NCBI GenBank assembly: GCA_002633005.1
Contig: NMRA01000193.1
Coordinates: forward strand, 66,641-130,640
DNA length: 64,000 nt
Origin: Phoronis australis
Taxonomy: Eukaryota > Animalia > Phoronida
Reading direction: 5' to 3'
Positions 26,030 to 38,329 of the stretch are shown in pieces. The notes below the pieces were generated by a model. That model searched no databases and had not been told where the DNA came from. It saw nothing but the letters and a program-made list of their open reading frames with translations. A program made the position numbers and the translations under genes. Each line of letters opens with the position of its first letter. Position 1 is the first letter of the stretch.

Positions 26030-27958
26030 TTATGACAAGCAAAACAAAACAAGCATGACCCATCCATATCTATGCCAAATTATTAGGTTAAATGTATGTC
26101 CACGCGAAACTGGCGCTGCTGTTGTGGTTTTTACCAATTTTTCTTGGATCAATCTATCAACCTCGTCCTCAACAAGTCTTAAAGGTAAAGTGCCCAGTCT
26201 CAGAATGCGATCGTGAAACTCGGCAACATTGAAAAAGGTTCCAAGTTCCTTCTCTGCTTTCTTGCGTAGGTCCCTAATTTTTAACTGACCTATCTTGTAC
26301 GCACATGCCTGTCCTGGCCATGTTATATACCTGTCGATTTCTGCAGTAAGGGCATGTTTGGTCTCAAACGTGTTTTCGGCAAGAAAGTCAATAGCTCGAT
26401 CACGTGACCACTTCATCACATGAATACCCGTGTCGACAACAAGACGACTAGCGCGAAACATCTCGAACGAATACTTCCCGAATAATTCATAATCGTTGGC
26501 GTAGACGTTGTGCATTTCTTCTCCCAAATCCTCAGAGTACAATCCCCATCCTTCGATGAATGCAGTAAAAATTGGAAAGTGAAACGGTGCAGAGTAATAC
26601 TTACTGAAATCGATATGTTTTCGGAAAATTGGAGCTTTCTCTCTCAGCCTGTAACTGTTTTGCAGGTGATGGCCTGGCAATGCTTCATGCAACGAAAGTG
26701 CGGGGACGTAAAATGTAGGCTTTTCCGTTGGTTTGTACACGTTCACCCAGAAGACACCCGGAGATGATCCGTCTTCACTTGGAACGGTATAAGCTGCAAG
26801 GGGTCCATTGCCCGGCATGGCCACCACCGCCAGAGGATAATCGGGGGGTCTGAGGAAAAATTTACGTATTTGAGGCTTGATGCTTTTATGAACAGTATTG
26901 TTGAAAATCTGTAAAAGGTCTCCTCCAGACGCAACGTAAAATCTAGGATTGTTTTTTAAAGTTCCAAAGAATTCCGTTATATTCGTTCCATTAAAACCGG
27001 TTTTTAGGGCAATTCTGACGATTTCTTTCTTCAGTCGTTCAATTTCATTCAAGCCTTTATGATGGACAGCTTCCGGTGTTATGTCTGTGGATAAATGCCA
27101 TTTCAAGCAAGCTTTGTAGTAGTTTACTCCATTCGGTAGCTCTCCCACCCCAAAAGACGGTCGACAATTCGGAATATATTCCTCAGCAATGAATCGAGAC
27201 AAGTTCATAAACGCTGGCTTAACCATATTTTCCAAAATCATTTTTGCTTCATTACGAAAGTTGTCTTTTTCTGACTGTTTAATTGTTGAGTTAGGTAGCC
27301 GGTCCAAGGGGTTTTTAAATGGTAGATAGAGTTTTATGTTTTCAATGGAATGGTTATACATTTCATTGATTTGCTGCGGGACCGCTATCATTGACACGTT
27401 GTGGTTAGTGGTTCGGAGATCTATTGCCATCTTCATCAATGAAATCTGCTGTTGCACTTGACTTGGGACAGTTCGTAACCGCTCAAGGTAGACAATATAA
27501 TCAGACTTGGTTCTCATAGGCATGGCAAGAAAAGTTTGAGTAAGACGAGTATGAATTCCTTCCATGTGGTTGATCGGGTTTAGATTCCCATAATGACGCC
27601 ATACAAATCCATCGACGTAGGTTTCCAAGCTATCCTTTAAAAGGTCAAAAGTGACTTTAGTAGTTCTGTTCAGTTTCGAGACATTGATGTCACTCAGTTT
27701 GTTGAGAAAGTCTTCACAACGATTTTTTCTCCTTTCAAACTCCTCGTACCCATACGACCGCAGTTTGCCGTTGTTATCGTGACTACCAATAGCTGTTGCA
27801 AACTCAGGGTCGTCTGCCATTCTCCAAGTCCAGTATTCGACTCCTACTTCATGTAGGCGAGTACTTTCATCATACTGTCTCGTGCAATGAGTGAGTGGTG
27901 AGTTCTGCAACACGATTGCCAAACACAAGGCCACATAAGGAGGACTCAACAGATTCAT
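26030..27958 (-). CDS. DUF885-family protein, putative zinc metallopeptidase, 642 aa; secreted, possibly GPI-anchored; intronless CDS
   Basis: Uninterrupted ORF with Kozak-like ACAAAATG and a hydrophobic signal peptide. Family motifs DDPEFATAIG, HEALPGHHLQ, AFIEGWGLYSE, RASRLVVDTGIH..WSRDRAI, EIDRYITWPGQACAYKIG, FHDRIL..G.LPL; hydrophobic C-terminal tail. Confidence 0.9.
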   Translation of the reverse strand: MNLLSPPYVALCLAIVLQNSPLTHCTRQYDESTRLHEVGVEYWTWRMADDPEFATAIGSHDNNGKLRSYGYEEFERRKNRCEDFLNKLSDINVSKLNRTTKVTFDLLKDSLETYVDGFVWRHYGNLNPINHMEGIHTRLTQTFLAMPMRTKSDYIVYLERLRTVPSQVQQQISLMKMAIDLRTTNHNVSMIAVPQQINEMYNHSIENIKLYLPFKNPLDRLPNSTIKQSEKDNFRNEAKMILENMVKPAFMNLSRFIAEEYIPNCRPSFGVGELPNGVNYYKACLKWHLSTDITPEAVHHKGLNEIERLKKEIVRIALKTGFNGTNITEFFGTLKNNPRFYVASGGDLLQIFNNTVHKSIKPQIRKFFLRPPDYPLAVVAMPGNGPLAAYTVPSEDGSSPGVFWVNVYKPTEKPTFYVPALSLHEALPGHHLQNSYRLREKAPIFRKHIDFSKYYSAPFHFPIFTAFIEGWGLYSEDLGEEMHNVYANDYELFGKYSFEMFRASRLVVDTGIHVMKWSRDRAIDFLAENTFETKHALTAEIDRYITWPGQACAYKIGQLKIRDLRKKAEKELGTFFNVAEFHDRILRLGTLPLRLVEDEVDRLIQEKLVKTTTAAPVSRGHTFNLIIWHRYGWVMLVLFCLS

Positions 27959-28443
27959 TTTGTCATCAAAACCACGCCTTCAAATCTGTCTCCTTCAAAA
28001 CTGCGCGTTTTATCTACACAATCCAGGGTTGGTACAGCGGTAATTTGTAAACGACTTCATCGTTTCACTCGACATGAATTGAACTAAGAGTGTAATCACA
28101 AAGACAGACAATACATACAAAAGCAAGGGTACAATGTCAGAAATAGCGTATGGTGAAGCCTTTTTGAATACCCGTCCAGCAAAACTTCTGTTTGAAACAG
28201 AAGTAAAATATATGCCGTGTATAACTATAGCTGCTATCAAATCGAACGCATGGGCACGTGTTTTCGTTTTTTTGTGTACTAGACGCTCGAATACTGCGAA
28301 GTCTCCGTACTCATATGATCCAGCAGTAGAATACAAAAACATTCAGCACAGGATCGGAATACCAGAGCAAACAATTTTAAATCAAATTGTTCAATGCAAA
28401 TTCAGTGACTCAGTTTTTATCTCACATTTTTCTGGTTATTTTT

Positions 28444-29930
28444 TACATCAAATGATAGGATATTGCCTTTAACAAGTATCAAAAACCAGGAGAAAGATCG
28501 AGAGATGCCAACAAAATCCAATTTGTTGTAATCATTTCATTAAATATCACCTAATTTAATATGCTCAACTTCTTTAGTTTGTTTACTGTCATTATTTTGT
28601 TGTTCTGGTGCCATGTGGTTATCAGAAGTCTGCAGAACTGTCGCATTTTGGCATTTGTAAAATGGAATTTCTAAGTAATCTGCAATTTTATTGAATTAAA
28701 GGAGAATGCCACCCAAAAAAACACCCATTTTGTATCAATTTAGGTCGAGTAGTTCTACTCGATAACGACACGTTCGGTTGCATTACCTGACACCTGACGG
28801 CACACGGAGGTACTGAAATTATCCAGCAGTCTGTTTAGCAATTCACAACACGGGTTACTGGTGACAGGTTATCGCTTGAATTAATCGTTTAACACCAATA
28901 AATAACCAACTTTCGATGTAAAACCCTTAAAAATACACCGAGTTCTTATAAAAACGTGTTGTTTTATTTCGCTGTTACGAAATTACTGGTATTTGGACAC
29001 ACCGTAGCCTACGGAGATAAATTCGAAGTATTCTTCCTTGAAATACAGACAGGAGAACCTAGAACTGTATTGTTTAGCCAAAGAAATGATGGGAATTTGC
29101 CACGAAACTGAAAATCTACTTACTTGTCGAGAGCCGCGAAGTCGGGTTCCCCTTCCACAGAGGGCCGTCAGGGCAANTACATCAAATGATAGGATATTGC
29201 CTTTAACAAGTATCAAAAACCAGGAGAAAGATGGAGAGATGCCAACAAAATCCAATTTGTTGTAATCATTTCATTAAATATCACCTAATTTAATATGCTC
29301 AACTTCTTTAGTTTGTTTACTGTCATTATTTTGTTGTTCTGGTGCCATGTGGTTATCAGAAGTCTGCAGAACTGTCGCATTTTGGCATTTGTAAAATGGA
29401 ATTTCTAAGTAATCTGCAATTTTATTGAATTAAAGGAGAATGCCACCCAAAAAAACACCCATTTTGTATCAATTTAGGTCGAGTAGTTCTACTCGATAAC
29501 GACACGTTCGGTTGCATTACCTGACACCTGACGGCAGACGGAGGTACTGAAATTATCCAATGACATAATTGGTTTCACAGGCAGTCTGTTTAGAAATTCA
29601 CAACACGGGTTACTGGTGACAGGTTATCGCTTGAATTAATAGTTTAACACCAATAAATAACCAACTTTCGATGTAAAACCCTTAAAAATACACCGAGTTC
29701 TTATAAAAACGTGTTGTTTTATTTCGCGGTTACGAAATTACTGGTATTTGGACACACCGTAGCCTACGGAGATAAATTCGAAGTATTCTTCCTTGAAATA
29801 CAGACAGGAGAACCTAGAACTGTATTGTTTAGCCAAAGAAATAATGGGAATTAGCCACGAAACTGAAAATTTACTTACTTGTCGAGAGCCGCGAAGTCGG
29901 GTTCCCCTTCCACAGAGGGCCGTCAGGGCA
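28444..29930 (+). repeat. ~740-bp direct duplication joined at a single N (29177); probable uncollapsed haplotypes
   Basis: 28444-29176 versus 29178-29930 differ by scattered SNPs and a ~21-bp indel near 29560. Confidence 0.8.
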
Positions 29931-30601
29931 AAGGTTGTACAGTAACAATGATTTGAATAATGTATTTGTATTTCTGAATAAAGATTTTCCTAACATGTGA
30001 CCATAGATATAAAATCGAGTAATTGTTTTACAACATCTTTCTGTCAACAGCAAACACTGTAGCATGCGCTCACACGGCCTCGGTGCCCGGTCAATTACCT
30101 TTATTGCCGGCACCAAAAGCCGGTAAAGCAGTGGTTTTATGATTCATTACTGGCTTCTAAACACAAGCACAAGCAACGGAGCGTATGGATAGTTCTTTGG
30201 TAAGCCGGAATTCGTCAGAGCAATCACTGTCGACGAAATGCCGGCCACAGACACGGAGATGTTTCACGGCCTCATACTTGCTATTAACAGCGTACCTTTC
30301 AATCTTCACTACCGCGAGCCACTTCCCAATCATTTTGGGCCCTCGAGGAAGTCGGGAAAACGATATACACGCTTTCTTCGCAGCTTCATAGTTCAGACAA
30401 GCGGGAACGATGCACCGCAATATAGCGGCATTCACTCTGCAGACCGTGACGAACCACTGACGTCGCTGCGTCGTTTCTCACCTTCCTCACAGGTGAACGC
30501 GACACTTCTCGGGAAGGTGAGGTCCTCCGTATAAGAGGCGATGTGTATGTAGACCGATTAAGACGGTAAAAAAGACTAATTAAATCGGGTGGCATTTGCT
30601 T
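29434..30601 (-). mobile_element. Non-autonomous Kolobok-like DNA transposon carrying a THAP domain
   Basis: TTAA|AGGAGAATGCCACCC ... GGGTGGCATTTGCTT|TTAA: imperfect 15-bp TIRs, TTAA TSD and an internal THAP reading frame. Confidence 0.7.
30157..30435 (-). pseudogene. THAP zinc-finger domain, probably a transposase N-terminus remnant
   Basis: RCIVPAC...SFSRLP...KW...RVCGRHF matches the THAP C2CH signature with conserved P, W and F. The frame starts at GTG and has no catalytic domain. Confidence 0.75.
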
Positions 30602-32828
30602 TTAATGTAAATAATGGATGAAGCACGTTCTGCCAATAGAGGTCGCTGTAAATGACGCCTCAGCGCGATGGTCGGTGATCAAATTAGGGATATATGCACC
30701 CTTGGAAGGTCTAACTTAATTTGAAGTTCTATCAGAGCCATCTTCATTGTTTTGGTTCATATTTTAGGTAGGTGCCTTGTTTTGCTCATTAGTATGGCGA
30801 GTTAGCGTTCGCAATTACACTACACGTCACTTATTGAAGTTCATTGTTGCTGAAACGAGACATTCACCATAATCCACGATTCACCGCTGGTAACTTCATT
30901 CATTAGAATTTGAAGATGAGTCTTTGACTTCACTTACTTAGCGCTGCGTGGGACTTGTTAAGTAAAAATGATTTTATATTGAAATATGTTTGACGGGAGT
31001 TATGTTATAGGTTTCTTATCTAACCCTACTCAAGAACCCTCCCTATAGATCCATTTCTCTAACACTTATATGATAGCATTGAAACATTTACGCCCATTAA
31101 AAAATCGTGGAAAATTATTGTTAACATTAATTGGAAATGTGAGAAAATTACTTGGAAAATTAAGGCTGTGAGTTTCAGAAAAAAAATACGAGCTTTCTAT
31201 GGAGTCATGAAAAAATATGAACATTTCATCTGGTTGCTTCACAAACTAAGGCACAAAAGTGAACAGGTGCGGTTCCAAGATCATGACAAGAGGACGAGAA
31301 AACGGACATGTAGGAGACACTTCAGTGAAATCCTGCCTTACAGCGATGCGAAAACCGAACGGGGACCGAATAGATACCCTCTGGCTCTTCGCCTGTTTGA
31401 TTTTCTTATAAGGTGGAAAAATGTTTGTATTGTGGGAGCGAGTTTTTAAATGTCCTCAATAATATCTGGCTATTGGCTTTGTTACACTAAACGAAGACTA
31501 AATAACAGTTTTTTAAGGCTCCGAAGCCGAGGTAACTTGGGATTTCTACGCTCGCCTTACTCCAAATGAGCAACACCATGGCAAACTTTTAAATTCTTTT
31601 AAGGCCTATTGGGTTTAACACAAACAAAACATAAATTTAGCGCAATCTAACTTTTCATGCCCCTGGCCTTAATTCATAAAGATTAGATTATATTCTCCGG
31701 AAAAAATACACGTGTCAACAATTCCTGCCAACCCGACGGATCTCCGAAAACTGGCAAGCGCGCAAGGAAACATGAGCGGCGCACCATAGCGGGCTGGGGG
31801 GCTATAGCCCCCACTTCTACGCCACATGTGGTCTATGGGCGGTGCATCACAGGAGGGCTGAGGGGGCTTTAGCCCCCACTTTTTTCAGTGATGCGCCGCC
31901 CAAGGGATATTCTCTAACATTGGTATACTCTATGGCAACACGTACGCCATGGAAATCACAATTAATAACTACACTAGTAATTGTGAACATCTACAATGCT
32001 AATCCATCTATTGCACGGCTGATATTTCATGTTACGGTTATCTAGTGTTCAATAACCACGGAAAGATAAGTTTCCCAAGTATCCAATAGGCGCCGTAACT
32101 TGTCTATTTAGGAATAACTTGTATGACAAGCATAGATTGCACTGTATATTTGAAATTACTCATGAACGCTTTTGACCAGGCCACGTCAGTTAGCTGTTGC
32201 ACCAATGCACGTCAAGATCCTTTTCTACGTGCCTTCCTTGTGTTAGAACCTGTTTCTATGTGCCTGTTCAAAGCCGGGTTGTGAGCTTTGAGGATTGCCA
32301 ACATTTTTTAAAAACAAATTAAAATTTCAAGGGACGTGATTTTTTCTGTCCCGTATCCGAGGTTTTGGATGCACGCCCCTCCAGTTACGGTGACAAATGG
32401 CGAAATAACCAGGAAATTGCGACCCCGATGATTGTGAAATTTTGCAGTCTTTATTTTACAGTTTCTAGNTCCGTCCCCGTCTTCTGACAAAATCGCGACT
32501 TATGGCTTAGGCCTCTCAGTTCTTCTGACGCCTATAAATCATTTCGAATCCGATTGCAGAACACGATGAGTCTACGGTGGGTTAGTTTATTGGCGGGGCA
32601 GAACGGGGTTACCGTGCCCCCACCTTTTTCACAGCGGTAGGGCCTGTAGACCTACCCAGGAGGCTTGCTGATCGCTTTAACGGTCATTTAAATTTACCCA
32701 GCCATTCCCGTCCCCGGGATACTTTTGTCTTGCGATATTCACATAAACCAAAAATTCCTAATTCGAATAACTTCTCAGTCCACCGGCGGGTACAACACCG
32801 TGTCTTCTTCGGCTGTTCCTGTGAACTT

Positions 32829-32889
32829 GTCACGTGACAGGTAAAACATTTTAGCGCCATCTTTTGTAGCAACCTGTTGGATTGTTGAG
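32829..32889 (+). promoter_or_regulatory. Candidate promoter and non-coding first exon of the PPP1R16-like gene
   Basis: Palindromic E-box GTCACGTGAC (32829-32838), YY1-type CGCCATCTT (32855-32863) and a consensus donor GAG|GTGAGT at 32890. Downstream sequence looks T/G-skewed on +. Confidence 0.55.
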
Positions 32890-34498
32890 GTGAGTTTCTT
32901 GTCGGGTCTTCCTTTAGTTTTGATCATTTTCAAGTTTCGTTTGTTCAAGAAATAGAAAGCTAATGTTAATAGTGCCACATTTATATGCATGTCTTCCAGA
33001 ACAGTTAGTTTGAAATCAATTGTTTAATGGTTTATCGTGGTTTTGCAAGTGGTTCAATAAACTGACGATTCGCCGATTATCAAATGGACGTCATTTGCAC
33101 AGGCGGGACAGTACCTTTTCAACAGAAGATATTTGTAAAAAGAAACCAACTTACAGCGTTTAAAGTTTACTGATTTGACGCCTATCTCTATTGATGTTGT
33201 AACAAAATACAGTGATCTCGCAAGTGAATGACTGGTGTCTGTGAAAAGTGACACCTGAGACATTGAAATTTTGTAATTTCAATTTGATTTCAAAATCAAA
33301 TTTTGTGATTGACTGGTGAGTCACCCAGGCGTGGTTGAACACTTTTGAACAAAAACAAGCCTTTGTTGAAGGTGTAATATGTGTCTACGATGTCGAGGTA
33401 CTTATTGTCAGATATGTTTCTTCTTTTTTTATCTTCGATGCTTTTCCAGCGCCAGGCAGATTGTCATATCATTCACTGAATGATTCAGCCTATTGATTTA
33501 TTTGAAAGCGGAAGCTTTGTTCAAATTGTTTTTAACCAGAGAAAAAGTAATGATGTATGAAGATATTAGAGATCTTCAGATGGTAGAGCTTTCAGATCCA
33601 GCTCCTTCCCTTCTTCAGGTTTTTAATTCCAATGTCAACATTACCTACCAGCTTACTCTGGCAGCCATCAATAGAATAAAGGTTTTGTTGGTTCATATCC
33701 ACATGTCTACATATTTAGCCAAATATTTTCAAACTATTATGTTTACCTCTGTAAAATTAAGGCAATGAACTGTGTCGGACAGTTCACTTTAAAGTTTGCG
33801 AATTCAGTAATTGCATAAGTCTGAACGGAGAGGCAACGGTGGGGTTCGGGTGAACTGTCTCACATGTCAGGCTTGCGTTGACACTGTGTGACGGTCGATG
33901 GAAGTTATCCATACTTAGCTGAGAATCATCGGAGTTACATGAAAAAATTAAAGAATGATGAACTTTTCAAATAGACAATGATGAAGTCAACACTGAACAG
34001 AAATCGGAACATCATAACACAGTGCCGCATGTTTGGTTGTAAAAATACTTATCTGCAGCAGCACAGGTAGTGCTGGTTCGAGATTGCCTAAATAGGTGCC
34101 ATTGGACAGATCTTGCTGAAACTATTATCATGAACATATAGTACACTGTATTCATTAAATGTCCTACTGTCGTGTGATCCAACTTTGCTATATCTTTGTG
34201 TCTGAAATGCTGACATTCAGTTTCCTAGGTATTTTTACTCTCAATTGACTGTTTTACTTTAAGAGAAACAGATGCTCAAATTTCTTACATATTGTGTATA
34301 GATGAGTTGCGATTAGAGTAATTGCTCAAATATTTTGCTGTTTCCATGGACTGGTGGAGAATATTTGGGTCTGACTTAAAAAGTCCGACTAAATACGGGC
34401 TTTTTCTCGTAAGTGTAAACACTGATGGTATCTCGTAGTGTGCCATTGCAACTTTAATCTGGTCTGACTTGTTCCCAACTCACATGAAACGTGGTTAA

Positions 34499-35875
34499 AG
34501 GCGAAGGCAACCTTTTTCCATTTCATTTTGAGCTAAAATAACGTTGGTTGGTTATCCTAGACATATTTTCCACTTAATTACAGCTTTTCGTAATTTTATA
34601 AATTACTGGTCCGCTACTCCGGAAGTGACGTTTTAGGAGGCAAGCGTTTCCTGCCACTTGGTTTTGCGTTGACTTTACCGTGCGAATCTGTTCTATTCTA
34701 CTTTTGTTTTGTGCTGTTTTTCAACAATTATCGCCACCACTTTCCATCGGCGAGTATTCTGCGGCAAGATAGGTTAGTAGAGAACTCAACTACGTTGGAT
34801 TTAGGGANNNNNNNNNNNNNNNNNNNNNNNNNNNNNNNNNNNNNNNNNNNNNNNNNNNNNNNNNNNNNNNNNNNNNNNNNNNNNNNNNNNNNNNNNNNNN
34901 NNNNNNNNNNNNNNNNNNNNNNNNNNNNNNNNNNNNNNNNNNNNNNNNNNNNNNNNNNNNNNNNNNNNNNNNNNNNNNNNNNNNNNNNNNNNNNNNNNNN
35001 NNNNNNNNNNNNNNNNNNNNNNNNNNNNNNNNNNNNNNNNNNNNNNNNNNNNNNNNNNNNNNNNNNNNNNNNNNNNNNNNNNNNNNNNNNNNNNNNNNNN
35101 NNNNNNNNNNNNNNNNNNNNNNNNNNNNNNNNNNNNNNNNNNNNNNNNNNNNNNNNNNNNNNNNNNNNNNNNNNNNNNNNNNNNNNNNNNNNNNNNNNNN
35201 NNNNNNNNNNNNNNNNNNNNNNNNNNNNNNNNNNNNNNNNNNNNNNNNNNNNNNNNNNNNNNNNNNNNNNNNNNNNNNNNNNNNNNNNNNNNNNNNNNNN
35301 NNNNNNNNNNNNNNNNNNNNNNNNNNNNNNNNNNNNNNNNNNNNNNNNNNNNNNNNNNNNNNNNNNNNNNNNNNNNNNNNNNNNNNNNNNNNNNNNNNNN
35401 NNNNNNNNNNNNNNNNNNNNNNNNNNNNNNNNNNNNNNNNNNNNNNNNNTTTGTACGTTGCGTGGACGGGTAACGCTGCGTTCTTCACACTAACGAGTCA
35501 AGTACGGCGAAGTGTGTCATCCATCGGAAAGCGATGCAAAGGTACTCCCTAAAGCGCGCGTGAGCCGATAATTAGTACATCCTGGTACGCAGCAACAGTG
35601 TGGCATGTTGACTGACTAGTAAATGAAAGCAAACGACGACGGAACTCAACACAACCGAGGTAGAACAATGACTGACTCGTCAGCTCTCACAGTCAGACTA
35701 TATGAAAAGAAATTGGCGCGAAATGCTTGCCTCCTAAAACGTCACTTCCGGAGTAGCGGACGAGTAATTAATAAAATTACGAAAAGCTGTAATTAAGTGG
35801 AAAATATGTCTAGGATAACCAACCAACCAACCTTATTTTAGCTCAAAATGACATGGAAAAAGGTTGCCTTCGCCT
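34499..35875. mobile_element. Kolobok-like element with ~160-bp TIRs and TTAA TSD; centre lies in an assembly gap
   Basis: TTAA|AGGCGAAGGCAACCTTTTTCC... (34499-~34656) is the near-perfect reverse complement of ~35713-35875 ...GGAAAAAGGTTGCCTTCGCCT|TTAA. Confidence 0.88.
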
Positions 35876-35946
35876 TTAACTGGGATTGGAAAGGAATGAC
35901 AGATTCTTGTTTGAAGCTTTGTCTGGTGCATAAAATCAGCCGCTGT

Positions 35947-36053
35947 GACAAGCCAATGTCTTCAGGACTCACTAAACACTTGACGAGCCAATGTCTTCAG
36001 GACTCACTAAACACGTGACGAGCCAATGTCTTCAGGACTCGCTAAACACGTGA
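35947..36053 (+). repeat. 35-bp minisatellite, 3 copies
   Basis: Unit GACGAGCCAATGTCTTCAGGACTCACTAAACACGT. Confidence 0.9.
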
Positions 36054-37310
36054 CTAACCTGTTTATAAATTAATTGCCATTCTTTCCAAGTCCAAATGTC
36101 ACGTTGAGTAAAGAATACGTTGACTATAAGTTGTCTAAACCAAAAAATTGTACATACGCTGGGGTTACTTCTTACAAGGGAAATTATTTGTTTTACGATC
36201 TAAAAATGCATTTTTGAGGCTACTGTTGTATCGAATAGACTTCTTTAAATTACCAGCTTTGACTAGAGTTATAAAAAAAATCCGTTGTGTTTTTGCGATT
36301 TTATTACAGTCAATTCTTGTTGTTGTCTGTCAGGCATTCGTTGAAATCAAGGGCATTGACATAACAGGCTAAATATGCTTAAAATGCTCCGAGTGGGATT
36401 AAGCTGCACTAGCAGAGTATTACTAGTAAGCGACAGGGGTAGCTGGTTTGAATCTGCGTTGAGTCTCATCTCAGACACACAGTAACTTTTCTCGCCGATA
36501 ATGTCCTTAAAATGAGAGTGCATAAAAGCTCTTTCAATTCGCGGATCTGTTTCAAAAATGACACTCGGGGGAAATCGAAACTACCGTATATTTAGGCCAG
36601 ACATTTAGAAACACCTCTTATGCACACCCCCAGCAGTAAAGTAACGGTTTATAAGTATCTTGATGTTCATAGTAACACCTGGCATGTGTTACATGCACGC
36701 GAGAACCTCTTGAAAACTCGAGACCAGGCAAGGCGAGATACCACTCATTTACATGTACGAGCTCATTATACCTGCACTTGCAAAAGTTCAGGTATCGATG
36801 AAGTAAACAATGAAATCTAATGTTTAAACTGCGCTGAGAATGTGACAGACAACATCTTTAATTGGATATTATAGAAGTGTTTTGTTGACAGGAAATTAAG
36901 ACCTGAATTGTTAAAGAAGATTGTTCTTTCTTTTATTAAGGCTCTTACTAATTCCTTCTTAACATTATCTGTCGGAAGTATGTTCCACATTTGACATTTG
37001 ACTGTCCATTTTTGCTCACTTTATGAATTACTCCCTTGGACTTATTTCAAATTGAAATGTCTCCTGTATCATGCTTGATTGGAACAAAAATAGTTATGAA
37101 ATTTTAGCTGTAGGTTATGAGAAGGGACGGCCTGAAGACTTCTGAAAGTACTTTCCTTCCAAGCTCTCTTTATGGTCTTGGAAATGTCCACTTTGTCTCA
37201 CTTCGCAAAGCCATATCTTAGAACTGGCTGTTCGTATTCAAATAAAATTTTGAGATATTATGCTTTATTAGTCTTCTTACATGTCATATATGGGTGGTCT
37301 GTCGCATCAC

Positions 37311-37365
37311 ATTACCTAGACAGGGGCTCAAACCCAGGATTTTCTTCTAACCGTGCAGAAAGTCA
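37311..37365 (-). mobile_element. Fragment of the tRNA-derived SINE head seen at 48975
   Basis: Reverse complement reads TCTGCACGGTTAGAAGAAAATCCTGGGTTTGAGCCC, similar to ~49003-49038. Confidence 0.5.
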
Positions 37366-37803
37366 TGTGTTGGAGCCCTGGTCGGACAGAGACCTTTCAG
37401 ACTTAACTGCAGGCCTCGCGATGTGACCAACGTATGATACATGTTTATGAAGGCAAAATTCTTATTTACACTATACCAATGTGCTAATTTATAACAGCAC
37501 AATTATGTTTTCATTTAAAAACTACAGTTGCACAAAACAAATGATAATTCAGAAAATTGTAATGCCAGCGTTTTTGAGATTTCATCTTGACATTTATATC
37601 AAATGATATTGGGATTTGATATTGATACATACTATTGTTTTTTAGTTTTCCTTTTTCCTAAATTTAAGAAGACCTAGTAATGTGACCTGATTAAAGGCCG
37701 ATTGGTAAAAAGTCAAAAATCAAGTTTTCCAGGCTTTCTACATTTTTACTGTCATGAAATGTATTGTTTTGTGTATATTTGGATAAGTACACAGACTTGT
37801 CTA

Positions 37804-38329
37804 TGGGCAATTTCATATTGACTTAACTCCAGTCTGAGCGAAGCGTCGACGTAAACAGCGCAGTTAAATGGACCGTTCATATTGGCTTCGGTAGTTAACG
37901 GACGTTGAAGTTGGTGTCGTCATCGAAGTTACCGCAAGGTAGCGCTGTCCGCTAAGATTTTTTTCAATGTGACAATTTGGGAACATTTACATGTGCTAAG
38001 TGACATTAAACTTATTTTGAAATCGATTGGTTATTATTAGACCAAAATATAAGCAGCTATTAGTGACGACACTACCCTGTAACTGTTGACAATAACAGTG
38101 GCACCAGGCAATAACTTCGATTGAACTGAAGTTAAGCATTCATACTGCACCGCAATGTCGACAGTGCGCTATTATGGTAAATCCACCTGTTAACTGCGAT
38201 GTTAACTGGAGCTGTTAACTGCGATGTTAACTGGAGCTGTTAACTGCGATCCCGGACCGGAGTTAAACGTTCATACTGATTGCAACTCCCCAAACCATCA
38301 ACGTATGGGATTTTAGTATGAAAGGCCCT
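37804..38329. mobile_element. Harbinger-like MITE with GTTAACTG-rich internal repeats
   Basis: Imperfect TIRs GGGCAATTTCATATTG / AGTATGAAAGGCCC; tandem GTTAACTGCGATGTTAACTGGAGCT at ~38190-38250. Confidence 0.5.

Noticed and set aside
28444-29930. Genuine tandem duplication upstream of DUF885
   Set aside because: The junction is exactly a single N and the copies differ at an allelic level, which is more consistent with uncollapsed haplotypes.
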